From assembly GCA_964016885.1 (NCBI GenBank), contig OZ024758.1:1550001-1614000 (forward strand): a stretch of 64,000 nt of DNA. Direction: 5' to 3'. The notes under the pieces were generated by a model that was not told the DNA's origin, did not search any database, and was given only the letters and a program-made list of their open reading frames with translations. Made by a program: the position numbers and the translations under genes. Positions 14,143 to 26,773 of this stretch are shown in pieces. The DNA is from Eledone cirrhosa (lineage: Eukaryota). How positions within the stretch are numbered: position 1 is the stretch's first letter; each line of letters begins with the position of its first letter.

Positions 14143-14272
14143 TCCCTTTACGGTCTGAGTTCAAACCCCGCCGAGGTTTACTTTGCCTTTCATCCTTACG
14201 GGGTCGATAAAATAAAGTACCAGTAATGCACTGGGTAATTGCTGGCCTTGTGCCTAAAGTAGAAGCAATTAT
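14143..14272 (+). mobile_element. SINE family A, 5'-truncated
   Basis: B-box, core and tail present. Confidence 0.88.
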
Positions 14273-14365
14273 TTCTATTCCTATATATATATATATTATA
14301 TTATATTATATTATATATATTTATTATATAGATGATATATATTTATTTTATATTTTATATACATC

Positions 14366-14436
<71 letters not shown>

Positions 14437-14524
14437 AAAATAGGTCCAAATAAAATTATTTCAATCATATTATGCGATAAACAGTTCAATGCATTATGCA
14501 GGTTTAACACTATATATATATATA

Positions 14525-14628
14525 TCGGAAAAGGTTCAGGACTCCGACGGCAGAGCTCAAGCCGTTTCGACGGTTATTTCTGGACGTGCGTTATGGTCCA
14601 CCTGGTTCCTTACCACACTTCCTTCGTT
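14525..14628 (+). mobile_element. Fold-back element family 2
   Basis: Inverted head plus GTGCGTTATGGTCCACCTGG tail within TA. Confidence 0.8.
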
Positions 14629-16044
14629 ATGTATATGTATATATATATATATATATACAAAGATATATATATACAAAGATATACATGATCCCCATCTCAC
14701 TGAGCTGTGTCACCCTTTAAATACAGAAACCAGTTTTGCTTTTCATTCATCTTCGCCCAATAAATTGACATCAGTAATTCGCTAAAACTAATAGCTGTAA
14801 AAAGAAGGGCCATTGAACGCCCCAGAGTCAACAGCAATCCACCCACCCCAATTATGGTTTAAATAGACTCACCAACCCGCAATTAACCAAGCGTGGTAAG
14901 TATGACTACACTGAAGTCATGGCCAAAACCAAACAGAAGGTGGTGGGGATCAAACAGTGAAGGGTTTCTCCTACATGAGTGGGAAAACCCTGGATTGGTT
15001 GTGATTAACTTAACACTCACTCGGATAGTAGCTGTTCCACAACCCTTCAAATATCGCTAGATAGACATCTGAATCTGGATCACCCGTATGACACGTCTTT
15101 AAGTAACGCCGAAGGATAAGTCATCTTGGTACACGTAGTAGGATTTCCCTATCGCTAGACTACTGGCTTCGGTGAGAGGTCCCCCATTATGAGGGGTAAA
15201 TTAAAGCCATAACCTGAAGAGTGGAGGAAGTGAGAGTGTGCAAAGGGAGGTTACCGTGGTGGTACTCAGTGGTACAAGGTCAAAATCTCATATAATAAAC
15301 TTGTTTTGAAAGAATAATAAAGAATACAAAAGAAATGAAAAAAAAGATTTGATATGTTTCGTGTACCACCGCAAATTGCTGTGTTGGTTGCCATATTATC
15401 CTTAATATAGAAACATTGTACCAGCGTTCTTATACAACAAAAACCAACACAACAACTACTGCAACTTCTTACCCTTTAAATAATGCAGTCCTCGGTACAC
15501 TAATTCTGAATTTAAAAAAGATTTAATTTAATAAATCCCTGATTACAACATTCTTTGGAAAGACTGTTGAATCCCCGAGTTTTCCTTGGTGATATTTAGA
15601 ACTACATAAAACTGGCTTTGGGTGAACATGGATTGCAGCAAGAATAAATCTAAGTTATCAAATTATGTCCCTGTGATTTTATTATCACAATTACATATGT
15701 TTGTTTGTGCGTGTGTGTGTGTGCATGCGCATGCGTGTGTCTGTATTTGTATAGAATTAGTTCAAGGCCTATTGCAGCCTGGAGCAACTCAAAGGTTTTA
15801 CGCTTGCATTTATTAATTCCAAATATTTCGAAATGTGTTATCCCGCTGAGATCTAACCAACAACAAATATATTTACACGCACATCATCAGCAGATATCCA
15901 ATTTACAATCTGATGTTTCAGTTGCAATACTTCAGCTACAGAGCTACGTGGGATTTCATAAGCCAGTGGATATTTTCAGCACATGAATCCAAACATGACA
16001 AATTGGGTGAGTAATTACATCGTTGGATCGAATGATTTGTGTTA

Positions 16045-16215
16045 TTCCCGGATTCAGTTGGGGGTAACCACAGTTAGTAAGGTACTCAATACATTAGTAG
16101 AGTGTAAATATCAAGTTTAATATAGAAATGCCTTCTACAGATCTAGAACTTTTTCATTCAAAAGAAATCATCAGAAAGATTTCATTTGAATGAAAAAGCC
16201 ATTTCTATATTAAAC
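16045..16215 (-). mobile_element. Family 1 element, degenerate hammerhead
   Basis: Tail GGTAACCACAG..GTACTCAATAC and decayed palindrome. Confidence 0.65.
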
Positions 16216-16223
16216 ATGATATA

Positions 16224-16405
16224 CAGGGTGGGCCAGAATTCATGACTCGCTTGTTAGTTATATTTCTTAACATGCTTATTTTATTGTTATTGTATTGTAT
16301 TAATTTATATTTTTATTTCTTAATATGCCTCAGAGGTTTTTATTTATTTTTTCTAAATTTGATTTTCTAAATAATAAAGTGAGTCATGAATTATGGCCCA
16401 CCCTG
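16224..16405. mobile_element. Tc1/mariner MITE
   Basis: TIRs CAGGGTGGGCCAGAATTCATGACTC / GAGTCATGAATTATGGCCCACCCTG; TA on the left. Confidence 0.85.
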
Positions 16406-17688
16406 AATATATATATATATATCCAAAAAATTTTCCTGAGTTCAGTTTTTTTCGTCGCTATGGTCTCTGCGGCCCGTTTATCGGTTGCTGTATTTGATTT
16501 GCAAAGCTGTCTAAACGTAATGTTATAACTCTGGGGTAATATTCTCCATTGAGTGCTTAGCTGTACACCGAAACTGCGTTCGTTAGCTTGGCTGCTACCA
16601 AAAGCTTCGTTGATGCTGTACTAAAATTTATATATATATATATATGTTTGCCCGGAGGATGGTGAGGGTGACGCACTGGAAGAGCTCTCCCTATAATCTC
16701 CTTATAATCTCTTTTTGTTCATCTCTAGTTCTTTTCTAAACCTTATTGATCCTACTTGAATCACCCTCTTCCTAGCAAGTACCGAAGCACCTGTTGATGA
16801 CGATTACCGCCGTTAACCAGCGCCGATCTAGTTCGTTAATCTTGACTCTGTATGACTTGTCATTACATTTGTTCATTGGTCTCCTCCATCAATGAGAGCC
16901 AAGACTAAATAACAAAAATATATTTAATAATATTTAAGATAAGCACATTACAGGAGTAGTCTGGTAAATTATTGTAGCGAACCCTGAAGAATGAAAAGAA
17001 AACTTAACCTCTGTTGAATGTGAACTCAGTGGAAGAAATACGCATCTTGTCAGATATTCTAACAATTCTGATAAACCATCGGTTTTTTTATCATGCATGG
17101 TCCCGTAACTCTTGAAGGGATCGTAAGGGTGGTGTATCGATATACAGCATCTCGAGGGCATTTTTAAACCTGGCGGAGCTCAATCCTCTCCAGGGTTGAA
17201 TGCAGCAGATTTCTTCCAGAGAAGGATAGAGAGTGGGTAAGAATGGGAGTGAGAAAGATTTATAAGAGGAAGAATCGACCCAGTACTAGACTGGGTTTTT
17301 TTTTATCGACCTCGAAAGGATGAAAGGTAAAGTTGAACTCGGCGGGATTTGAACTCAGAGAGCAGAGAGCCGGAATCATTCTGAAACTACCTCCAGGAAC
17401 GAATTTAGTTCGTGAGCCGAGGTTCCTAAGTATTTAATTTGCCAATGTGTTGCCCTTCCTTTACCCTGATCATAAAAATAATATTATTTATGGATTTGCT
17501 TTAGATCATTAAAAAATATTTTAAAAGAAAGATCCTATGACTGATTATATGTTTATTTCTCCATGTGTAGCAGATGTGTAAGCTGTTGGTTTCATATCAA
17601 TTAAATTTGTACAATGAACTCATAGATAAATTGAGGTTTCTAACCACAAAGCTAAAACGTGTCGCAAAGTTATAAAACTAAATTTAAT

Positions 17689-17872
17689 TGTTTCTACTTT
17701 AGGCACAAGGCCAGCAATTACCCAGTGCATTACTGGTACTTTATTTTATCGACCCCGTAAGGATGAAAGGCAAAGTCAACCTCGGCGGGATTTGAACTCA
17801 AATCGTAAAGGGACGTAACTATGCTGGAAAGCAAGCGTCCGACCCTCCACCGATACTGCCAATCCACCGCCC
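17689..17872 (-). mobile_element. SINE family A with 15-bp TSD
   Basis: TSD AAAACTAAATTTAAT at 17674-17688 and 17873-17887. Confidence 0.92.
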
Positions 17873-18144
17873 AAAACTAAATTTAATAAATATAAACCAA
17901 GATTGATTTTGTTAAATATTTACAAATATTTTTCATATCAACATGCACTAACTCATTGATATTTATAATGAAATCATTATTCTTTACGTGAAGAGTAAAT
18001 ATTTTAACATGCTAGCAAAATAATTTCCATACAAAATATTGTTTGTCGCATAAGAATCATAATAAATGAAAGAAATGTGTTTGGAAGACGGCGAGCGAAG
18101 TTTATAATTGAAATAGAAATTTCGCCGTAATATTAACTAAATAA

Positions 18145-18333
18145 CAGTTTCTACTTTTGGCATAAGGCCAGCAATTAAATCAGTGTTTTACTGGTACTTT
18201 ATTTTCTCGACCCCGTAAGGATGAAAGGCAAAGCTAACCTCGGTGGAATTTGAACTTAAAACTTAAAGGGCTGTAATTCTATGCCGCAAAGCATTTTGCC
18301 CGACTCTCTACCGATACTGCTAATCCACCACCC
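18145..18333 (-). mobile_element. SINE family A
   Basis: Diverged full-length copy. Confidence 0.85.
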
Positions 18334-18346
18334 ATTTGGGTGTCTA

Positions 18347-18600
18347 ATAATATATAATGTTGAAAGAGACAGAAGGTTAAATAATATATAATAATATATA
18401 ATGTTGAAAGAGATAGAAGGTTAAATAATATATAATAATATATAATGTTGAAAGAGACAGAAGGTTAAATAATATATAATAATATATAATGTTGAAAGAG
18501 ATAGAAGGTTAAATAATATATAATAATATATAATGTTGAAAGAGATAGAAGGTTAAATAATATATAATAATATATAATGTTGAAAGAGATAGAAGGTTAA
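18347..18600. repeat. ~44-bp minisatellite x~6
   Basis: Unit TAATAATATATAATGTTGAAAGAGA(C/T)AGAAGGTTAAATAATATA. Confidence 0.95.
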
Positions 18601-18693
18601 ACAATACAAAAAGAACCGTAAGATGAGGTAACGAGAAAGTAAGTTCCTGGTAATCTTTCTTTTGTTTTTTGTTGTTGCTGTTCTTTCTTCTGT

Positions 18694-18728
18694 CCAATAT
18701 TTCGGGACTTAAAGTCCCTTCTTCAGGG
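18694..18728 (-). ncRNA. Minimal Penelope-type hammerhead motif
   Basis: Minus strand: CC-CTGAAGA-A-GGGAC TTTAA GTCCC-GAAATATT-GG. Palindromic AATATT implies dimer-dependent folding. Confidence 0.6.
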
Positions 18729-19671
18729 TTTAAAGAACGTTCAGAGGATAATGTGTGCGTGTGGGTGCAAGTTTCGATGTCTAAGTGGTTAGTGATTGGT
18801 AAGTTATAGAGTTATTTTCCAAACACCCGATGGTTGTGTGATAGTGTCAATAACATTCTTATTTATTATATATTTACAAAAAATGGTGATGATGATATAT
18901 ACATATGTGGCACCCTACTATACTTATATACATGTAGAATCTACTTAACACAACAGTTGCAGTCAGATGACGTCCGTTGCACCCAATAATTAGAGTAGGC
19001 TGGTTGTTTTATTGTGTGAGCTGGGATGAGGTTTTGAATGAGGTGAATTATAATTATGTCCTATAAGTTTCTAGTGAGTAGAGCTGGTTTGAGTTGTTAT
19101 TGTTTTCGTGAATAGTACTGGTTTGTTATAGATTTCTTTAAGCTCTTGTTAAGGTGGTTGATTGATTTAGTATACAAAATCGATACAAAATCTTACATCA
19201 TGAAAAAAACCTTGACAGTATCTAGTAAAAAGAATATACACTATTAAAGAGAGCAAAAAAAGAAGGAAAAGGGGCAAGAAAGTGAGAAGAGGAGGGACAG
19301 ACACTACACTCCCAGTCAGGGCGGTGCCTCAGCCGCACCCCGTGGATAGAATGGCAAAGGCGTTACGGTAGAGAATAGCCAGAGAGTCTTAGTTACGAGG
19401 GTCGGCTACAAAAGTTCGTAGGCTGACTATGATTGAGTGATGCTAGGGTTGTGAAATCTTGTATGTATTAATCTCAATAGTTTAACCAGCCAACTAACCG
19501 GAAATTTATAATAAATTGAAGTGAAAACCAACAGGTGCGTGTGTCTTTATTGGCAGCATGACCCTCCCAAAGTATAACAGTATCTGTTTCAACACACGTT
19601 TTCAAATAAGAAATCTTGCAAAACAAATTCAAAAACGAAGTATATATATATATGTATATATATATATAAAT

Positions 19672-19804
19672 AGATTCCTGATGATTTCTAATGAATGAAA
19701 CAGTTCTAGTCCTGTAGAATCTCATCTATATTAAAACTTTTATACTCTGCTATGTATTGAGTACCTTACTTACTGTGGTTACCTCCGATTCAACCCGGAA
19801 TAAC

Positions 19805-19805
<1 letters not shown>
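19672..19805 (+). mobile_element. Family 1 element with hammerhead (19672-19722)
   Basis: AGATTC-CTGATGA-TTTC TAAT GAAT-GAAACAG..CTGTA|GAATCT. Confidence 0.85.
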
Positions 19806-19885
<80 letters not shown>

Positions 19886-20248
19886 TAATCTGTCTACAGA
19901 ATTCTCTAAACCTTTGTCACTTAGTAGAACCTTAATGATTTTAGCTTTTAAAGAATCTCCCCTTTTCTTTAATTCTATCGACCATGACTGACCCCCCACT
20001 GATCTTATAGACATCTGTTAGCTTAAGAGAAACTTAATGACAAGGAATGGTATGCCATCCGGAACCTGTTTATAGAATTCTGTCTGCCCTTGTTACTAAA
20101 AACATAAATAAATAAAAATAAACTATAGCTTTGTAGAATTAGCTTTTAATGAATTTTCTATCAACCAACGACCTACACCCATCCCACTCCCCACCCTCTC
20201 CTACCACTTGTAGAGACCTATAAATACCATTTTTATTTTTTGATACCC

Positions 20249-20382
20249 AGATTCCTGATGATTTCTAAAGAATGAAACAGTTCTAGTCCTGTAGAATCTC
20301 ATCTATATTAAAACTTTTATACTCTGCTATGTATTGAGTACCTTACTTACTGTGGTTACCTCCGATTCAACCCGGAATAACG
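20249..20382 (+). mobile_element. Family 1 element with hammerhead (20249-20299), direct repeat of 19672-19805
   Basis: Essentially identical; the one difference seen lies in loop II. Confidence 0.85.
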
Positions 20383-20414
<32 letters not shown>

Positions 20415-20574
20415 AAAAAAGGAAAATAATGACTTTACTTGTAGTTCTAAACAATTTGATTTCATTTTATAATATTATGAATTGGTATATCTAGTAAGTT
20501 CTTTGTTAACTTCAGTGGGAAGATTTTTAAAGATTCCTGGTTAACTTTCCTGGAGAACTTTCTCGTATTCTTAT

Positions 20575-20665
20575 AGGAAAAGGGTCAGGACCCCGTCGGG
20601 GTGGTGACTCTTTTCCTATTACCCACTCTATGGTCCACCTGGTTACTTACCACACTTCCTTCGTT
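20575..20665 (+). mobile_element. Fold-back element family 2, short hairpin, deleted tail
   Basis: GGAAAAGGGTCA..TGACTCTTTTCC hairpin plus tail. Confidence 0.75.
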
Positions 20666-21456
20666 ATAGATAGATAAATAGATATACAGTGTGTGTGAGT
20701 GTGTAGCGTATGAGGTGTGTGTGTTTGTGTGCCGGTGTTCATGTGTATAGATTTTCTCATATTGATATGTGTAGTTTGTTGATAGTGACACGCAGAACGT
20801 GGGCAGCGAAATCTGTTTCGTAAAATAAGAGACAACTGAATTTAGATCGAATACATAAATATTGATTGGAATTTTTATTAATCTAAATATTTTATTGTTT
20901 GTCTATCATATTTTATAAATTTTTACAAACAAAAATAACTAACTGATAATGAGGAATATATTGCTGCATTTTTATATATGTGAATGTTTATTTATGAGAT
21001 TTTCAGGTCTAAACGTGTCTTCTGGTCAACTGTGGACTTAAGTTAATATCGATTACTGCAAGTACAAACCTTTGATGTTGGAGAACAATAAGTCTTCTCC
21101 CGCCATTGTTGGTGTGTTTTTTTGTTTTTGTTGCTTTTGTTGTTTTGTTTTTCATGTAGTTTTAACGAGTTGTACTTTCTTACCTACCTGTGTGAACCTG
21201 GACTAGAAGAAGAAGAAGAAGAAGAAGAAAGCTCAGACATTGCTTGTTCAGGTTATGTTACAGGTTCGTGTGGCTGGCCGTAGCCTAAAAGTGCACCAGT
21301 TTCTGTAATCTGACAAAAGATTGCAATACTCTTGGAGTTTGCAGCCATCATCTATTATGTATGTATGTTTGTATATATTATGTATGTATGTATATATTAT
21401 GTATGTATTTATGTATGTATACATTATGTATGTATGTATATATGAATGTATATATT

Positions 21457-22035
21457 ATGTATCCCAGTACAACCTGTCTCATGGTCGGGTCGTTGGCGAC
21501 TAAACTGGCAACCCCACCAAGGTTTCTTGGTGAGGAGGGTGACTTTGGACATCCTGCAAGACTAAAAACAAAGCCTGTCAAAGGGCAAAGGAGCTCTTAA
21601 GAGTCAATGGCCATCCAAATTCACCGGGAGAGATGACCCCTTAGTCTTTGTCAAGGCAGAATTCTAGGAGAAGGAAAACTCTGATATAACACCTGCAACC
21701 CTGATGGTATCCAATGATGTTGACTTGTTCTTCTTTTTGGTAAATATCATCTTGGTTGAGAGAGTGGGACTGGCTTTGTGCAGTGCCTTTGCTCACTATA
21801 AAAGTTTCACGGCACAGGCATTGCTTTATATCTGGAGATCTCTCTGCACTTGTCATCACATGGTACCATGGGCCCAGCACTATGTGTCAATAATTGTCAC
21901 AAGTGTAGTGTTTGTACCAGAGTTTTCAAGTCGCTGGCTGGACTAAAAAGTCACACTCGTTCAGCGCATCGGTAGGGGTTCTCCTACATGGATATAAAGT
22001 AGTGGCCGTACTCGAAAACGAGTTGGCAGCCACCA
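21457..22035 (+). mobile_element. ~600-bp repeat, second copy
   Basis: Reverse complement of 2621-3220. Confidence 0.8.
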
Positions 22036-22411
22036 TATATATATGTATGTATATATGGAAATTTAGACTTTTTACAAGACAAATTTACTGACGCCCTTCC
22101 ACGCCTTCTGCACCACCGTACAGTCTACAGTAATAGCCATGCAAAAGCCTTGAAACCTAAGGTAGCATAATACCACGTAAGTTTACGAATATTAGTCAAC
22201 ATGAATGGACCTGTTATTTTTATCTAAAGACATTTTTCCAATTCCAACCCGCCCGTCCCCTCAATCTATCTTATTTCTCATTCTTTCTTCTCATGAAACG
22301 TTAAGACCCTCTTCCTGCTATTTCAAGTCTTAAACTAATATATTCCTTCCATATACTGTACTGATTGTGTTGTTATTTCTGTTTACCTTTTACATATATA
22401 TATATATTTAT

Positions 22412-22442
<31 letters not shown>

Positions 22443-22443
22443 G

Positions 22444-22489
<46 letters not shown>

Positions 22490-22645
22490 AGAGAGAAAGC
22501 GAGTGAGAGAGAGAGGGAAAGAGAGAGAGAAGGAGAAAGAGAAAGAGAGAGGAGAGAGGAGAGAGTGAGAGAGAGAGAGAGAGAAATAGAGTCACACAGG
22601 GGGAGGCAGATATATACGCATATATATACACATATATATACACAT

Positions 22646-22719
<74 letters not shown>

Positions 22720-22721
<2 letters not shown>

Positions 22722-22885
22722 ATTTCTTTATTAGCCAAAAGGGCACAAAAGAAGGGGACAAATACAAATGGGGAGTTTACATACAGGTATATGAAAATAA
22801 AACTATTAATAAAATAACAAATAACAATTGAAATCACCAATAGGGGGAGGCGTTACACAGGGGTTGTACACACCCCGACAAAATG
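22720..22885 (-). mobile_element. 3'UTR fragment of a Tx1-like LINE
   Basis: Reverse complement aligns by eye with 53790-53987; its 3' end runs into (TC)n. Confidence 0.7.
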
Positions 22886-22929
22886 ATAGATAGATAGAGA
22901 GAGAGTAATAGATAGATAGAGAGAGAGTA

Positions 22930-22960
<31 letters not shown>

Positions 22961-23392
22961 TTTGTATTACATCAATCCATTTGAGTAGACTACAGCAGGT
23001 CCCGATATGCCGTAAACAATGTGAATAGAGGGAAGATTATGAGGCTATGAAAAGGCTAATAGTCTATGAGAGATTAAATGAGCAAGTATTACGACATTAA
23101 TCCTTATATAATCCGATTAGATGGTAACGATATGAGATATTTTCACCTTTGTTGATATCGCAAGTCTCATAACGTTAATTTATGACCCGACTTCTAAATG
23201 TAGGTCGTAGAATATATCATTTTCTCATCATATGAAGCGAACAGCAATTTATATATATATATATATATGTGGTGGGTTGTATGTCTGTGTGTAATTGTTT
23301 GCGTGTGTGTGTGTGTGTGTGTGTCTACATATACATATGTGTATATATATATATATGTACATATACATATATATATATATTATATATATATA

Positions 23393-23511
23393 TAGGAAAA
23401 GAGTGAAGATCCCGTCGGGATCCTGACTCTTTTCCTATTACCCACTCTACTCCCCTAAATATCGAGTACTCTGGTGCGTTATGGTCCACCTGGTTCCTTA
23501 ACACACCTTCG

Positions 23512-23513
<2 letters not shown>
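23393..23513 (+). mobile_element. Fold-back element family 2
   Basis: Short hairpin head plus full tail within (TA)n. Confidence 0.8.
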
Positions 23514-23561
<48 letters not shown>

Positions 23562-23565
23562 ACAG

Positions 23566-23623
<58 letters not shown>

Positions 23624-23627
<4 letters not shown>

Positions 23628-23701
23628 GTCGTTAAGTATGAAATTTATAGAAATTTTTTTTTGTTTTACAAATTTCCACAAATTTCATACTTGACGACCC
23701 A

Positions 23702-23702
<1 letters not shown>
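23624..23702. mobile_element. 79-bp mariner-type MITE (MADE1-like size)
   Basis: TIRs TTGGGTCGTTAAGTATGAAATTT / AAATTTCATACTTGACGACCCAA; TA on both sides. Confidence 0.85.
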
Positions 23703-23727
<25 letters not shown>

Positions 23728-23732
<5 letters not shown>

Positions 23733-23954
23733 GAACATAAAGTCTTTCCCTAATTATAAAATACTATATCTCGGATACTGTTTCAGATTTTACTTTTTCA
23801 TTGTTTTAATTTATAAACTTGGAGTTTAAACATTTTTTGCATATGTGTTACATATTCTCTTCTACAGGAAATAGTTGATCTTTTCAGGAACAAAATGGCA
23901 TCTATGAAACAAACAACAGTGTTTTGTGGTTTCACAGATTTTATGCTTACCCTG
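23728..23954. mobile_element. Tc1/mariner MITE
   Basis: Imperfect TIRs AGGGTGAACATAAAGTC / GATTTTATGCTTACCCTG; TA flanks. Confidence 0.7.
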
Positions 23955-24590
23955 TATATACAATTAGATTAGTTCATGCTGTCTGATGAGGTTACAGTCA
24001 ATTAAATAGACTTCATTGACCTACGTTTAATTATTTTATATATACCGGTGGAACAAGCTTCATAGGTGACTCCAAGCAGAATTTGAACTCATAATGTAAA
24101 AGGTCGAAAATATAGTTTCTCTCCAGCTTTCTACTACTCTACTAGCTGACAGTAGTTTATAACATAGATTTATTGATTTCCTACATCGACAATAGGGTAC
24201 ATAGTTACAAGATGGGGATAGAATTGATTGGATTGACGACTGTAGTATAAGATTAGCTCTTATGTTATCGACGCTAGATTAGATATAAAGTAGGCTCCAG
24301 TGAGATTTCAAAAATTAAAGAAATGAGGGGGGTTTTCACTCTGGAGAGTTACTATGTTACCGTTATTTCACATGAGATATACATACATAGATCGTTTAAT
24401 TGAAAGATACTTGTGTTGATTATTTTTCCAATATCTTTGTGTACTTAAGATGATAGATACAGTTGTTTTCGTCAATGGTTGATCGATTAGGTTTAATTGC
24501 CAAACCTGCAATTACTTGCAGACATGTTATATATTCTGTGAAATATTTCTTTTACACGTTTCAGTCATTAAACTGTGATACTGTTAAGAC

Positions 24591-24730
24591 AACACATTCA
24601 ACTGTTCCAGACATTAGACTGTGGCTATGTTAAGACAACACATTAGATTGTGGCTATGTTAAGACAACACATTAGACTGTGGCTATGTTAAGACAACACA
24701 TTAGACTATGACTATGTTAAGACAACACAT
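24591..24730. repeat. 29-bp minisatellite x~4
   Basis: CATTAGACTGTGGCTATGTTAAGACAACA. Confidence 0.9.
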
Positions 24731-24834
24731 TCAACGGTTTTTAGTCTTTTTTTTTATCTTTTGTTCGATGCCATGACGCATTTTAGCTTGGTACTTGACT
24801 TATAGATCATTATTTGTATAAACCGCTTAGTTAC

Positions 24835-25405
24835 GGGGCTGACCTGTGTAAAGAGGGAGGCGTCGATCAGGCCCCGGTATTTGACCCTCCAGAAGTCTCA
24901 ACGGCGACCTGGGCAAAGAAGGAGACGTCGATCAGGCCCTCCAGAAGTATCAGCGGTGACCTATGTAAAGAAAGAGGCGTCATTCAGGCCCCAGTATTTG
25001 ACCCTCCAGAGGTCTCTCAACGGGGACATATGTAAAGAAAGAGGCGTCAGTCAGGCCCCGGTATTTGACCCTCCAGAGGTCTCTCAACGGTGACCTATGT
25101 AAAGAAAGAGGCGTCAGTCAGGCCCCGGTATTTGACCCTCCAGAGGTCTCTCAACGGTGACCTATGTAAAGAAAGAGGCGTCAGCCAGGCCCCGGTATTT
25201 GACCCTCCAGAGGTCTCTCAACGGTGACCTATGTAAAGAAAGAGGCGTCAGTCAGGCCCCGGTATTTGACCCTCCAGAGGTCTCTCAACGGTGACCAATG
25301 TAAAGAAAGAGGCGTCAGTCAGGCCCCGGTATTTGACCCTCCAGAGGTCTCTCAACGGTGACCGATGTAAAGAAAGAGGCGTCAGTCAGGCCACGGTATT
25401 TGACT
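24835..25405. repeat. 67-bp GC-rich tandem repeat x~8.5
   Basis: Unit starts at 25091, 25158 and 25225; edge units are more diverged. Confidence 0.95.
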
Positions 25406-25799
25406 CTCCTCCTCTCCAAACAGACAGCTGTTGCAAAGAAAAGCAATGCCAACAGAACCAATATATTCTTCCCAATGTAACTAGAACGTGTAGAGTAGTA
25501 GTAATAGTAGGGCAAGGATCACAATATATATATAGAATAAAAAATAAGCTAATACAGCCAAGACAAAAGCTTCAAGTTTAATTATAACCATGGGAGATAA
25601 AACTAACAAACAATACCTGAAAGGAATTTCTATTGACATTAACTGTGATTGTAAGAAAATCAAACGTGACAGCTCAGCAGATGAACTAATAGAAAAACTA
25701 GCAACCGTCTAAAATTCAAGTATATTTATAAACATTGATGTCTCGAAAATCGAAACGAAGCCGGAGTGTATTGGAAATTGAAACATAAAAATAGCTGTT

Positions 25800-26002
25800 A
25801 AAACAGCTAAATGCCGTCAGTGACAGCATAGAAGTCGGGTAAAAATACTCCTCTGAGGACAGAAAACAGCTAAATGCCGTCAGTGACAGCATAGAAGTCG
25901 GGTAAAAATACCCACCTGAGGACAGAAAACAGCTAAATGCCGTCAGTGACAGCATAGAAGTCCGGTAAAAATACCCCTCTGATGACAGAAAACAGCTAAA
26001 TG
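25800..26002. repeat. 63-bp tandem repeat x3, upstream of a SINE-like (GAT)n tail
   Basis: Unit starts at 25800, 25863, 25926 and 25989. Confidence 0.9.
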
Positions 26003-26439
26003 TAGACCCGTCCAACACATGTTAGCAGGGAAAGTTGACGTTAAAACAAAGATGATGATGATGATGACGACAACGATGAGGATGATGATGATGATGATGA
26101 TGATAATGCTTCACCCAGCCAATGAACGTTGGATACCCTCTAATGATATCAGCACCTCCTGGCCAAGGCTATATTCACAGAATGTGAATGAATGTTAGGC
26201 ATCTTCTTAAAGATGTACTTAGGGAAATAATAGAGAAATAATTTAGTCAGAGACAGACTTCAAAGAATGGTAAGTTCACGACTGAAATGTCTTTCATCAC
26301 GGATCTGCTTGATCAAGACTTTCAGCCTAAATTACAACTTCTTATTTATTCTTTAATCTTTAGAATTCACCCATTCATCATAAGAGCCTCAGAAAATAAT
26401 CAATTTTATGAAGTTTATAAATTGACATTTGCTAATATA

Positions 26440-26623
26440 ATTATTTCTACTTTTGGCACAAGGCCATCAATTATCCCAGTGCATTACTGGTACTTTATTT
26501 TATCGACTTCATAAGGATGAAAGGCAAAGTTAACCTCGGCGGGATTTGACCTCAGACCGTAAAGGACCGTAACTCTATGCTGCAAAGCATGTCGTCCGAC
26601 CCTCTACCGATACTGCCAATCCA
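26440..26623 (-). mobile_element. SINE family A
   Basis: Full-length reverse copy. Confidence 0.88.
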
Positions 26624-26773
26624 CTGACATTTGTTAATATAATGCATGCCTGGTCCCATAACTACTGAGGGTGTCGTAGAGACGTAATCTTGGCATACGG
26701 CGTTTCTATGGCATCGAGAGTGTGTAAGAATTGATGTGAGGAAGAGATATATAGGAAGAATCAACTCCACTAC

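Noticed and set aside
14790-15280. GC-balanced island, possibly a retroelement UTR
   Set aside because: No second copy, ORF or recognisable motif to support a call.
15921-16006. Exon-like segment with TTTCAG and GTGAGT
   Set aside because: Short unrecognisable peptide with no partner exons, overlapping degenerate hammerhead-like sequence.
25853-25992. CTGA(G/T)GA-CA-GAAA in each 63-bp repeat as tandem hammerheads
   Set aside because: Only 2 nt lie between the cores so there is no stem II, stem III is out of register, and the context looks SINE-derived.
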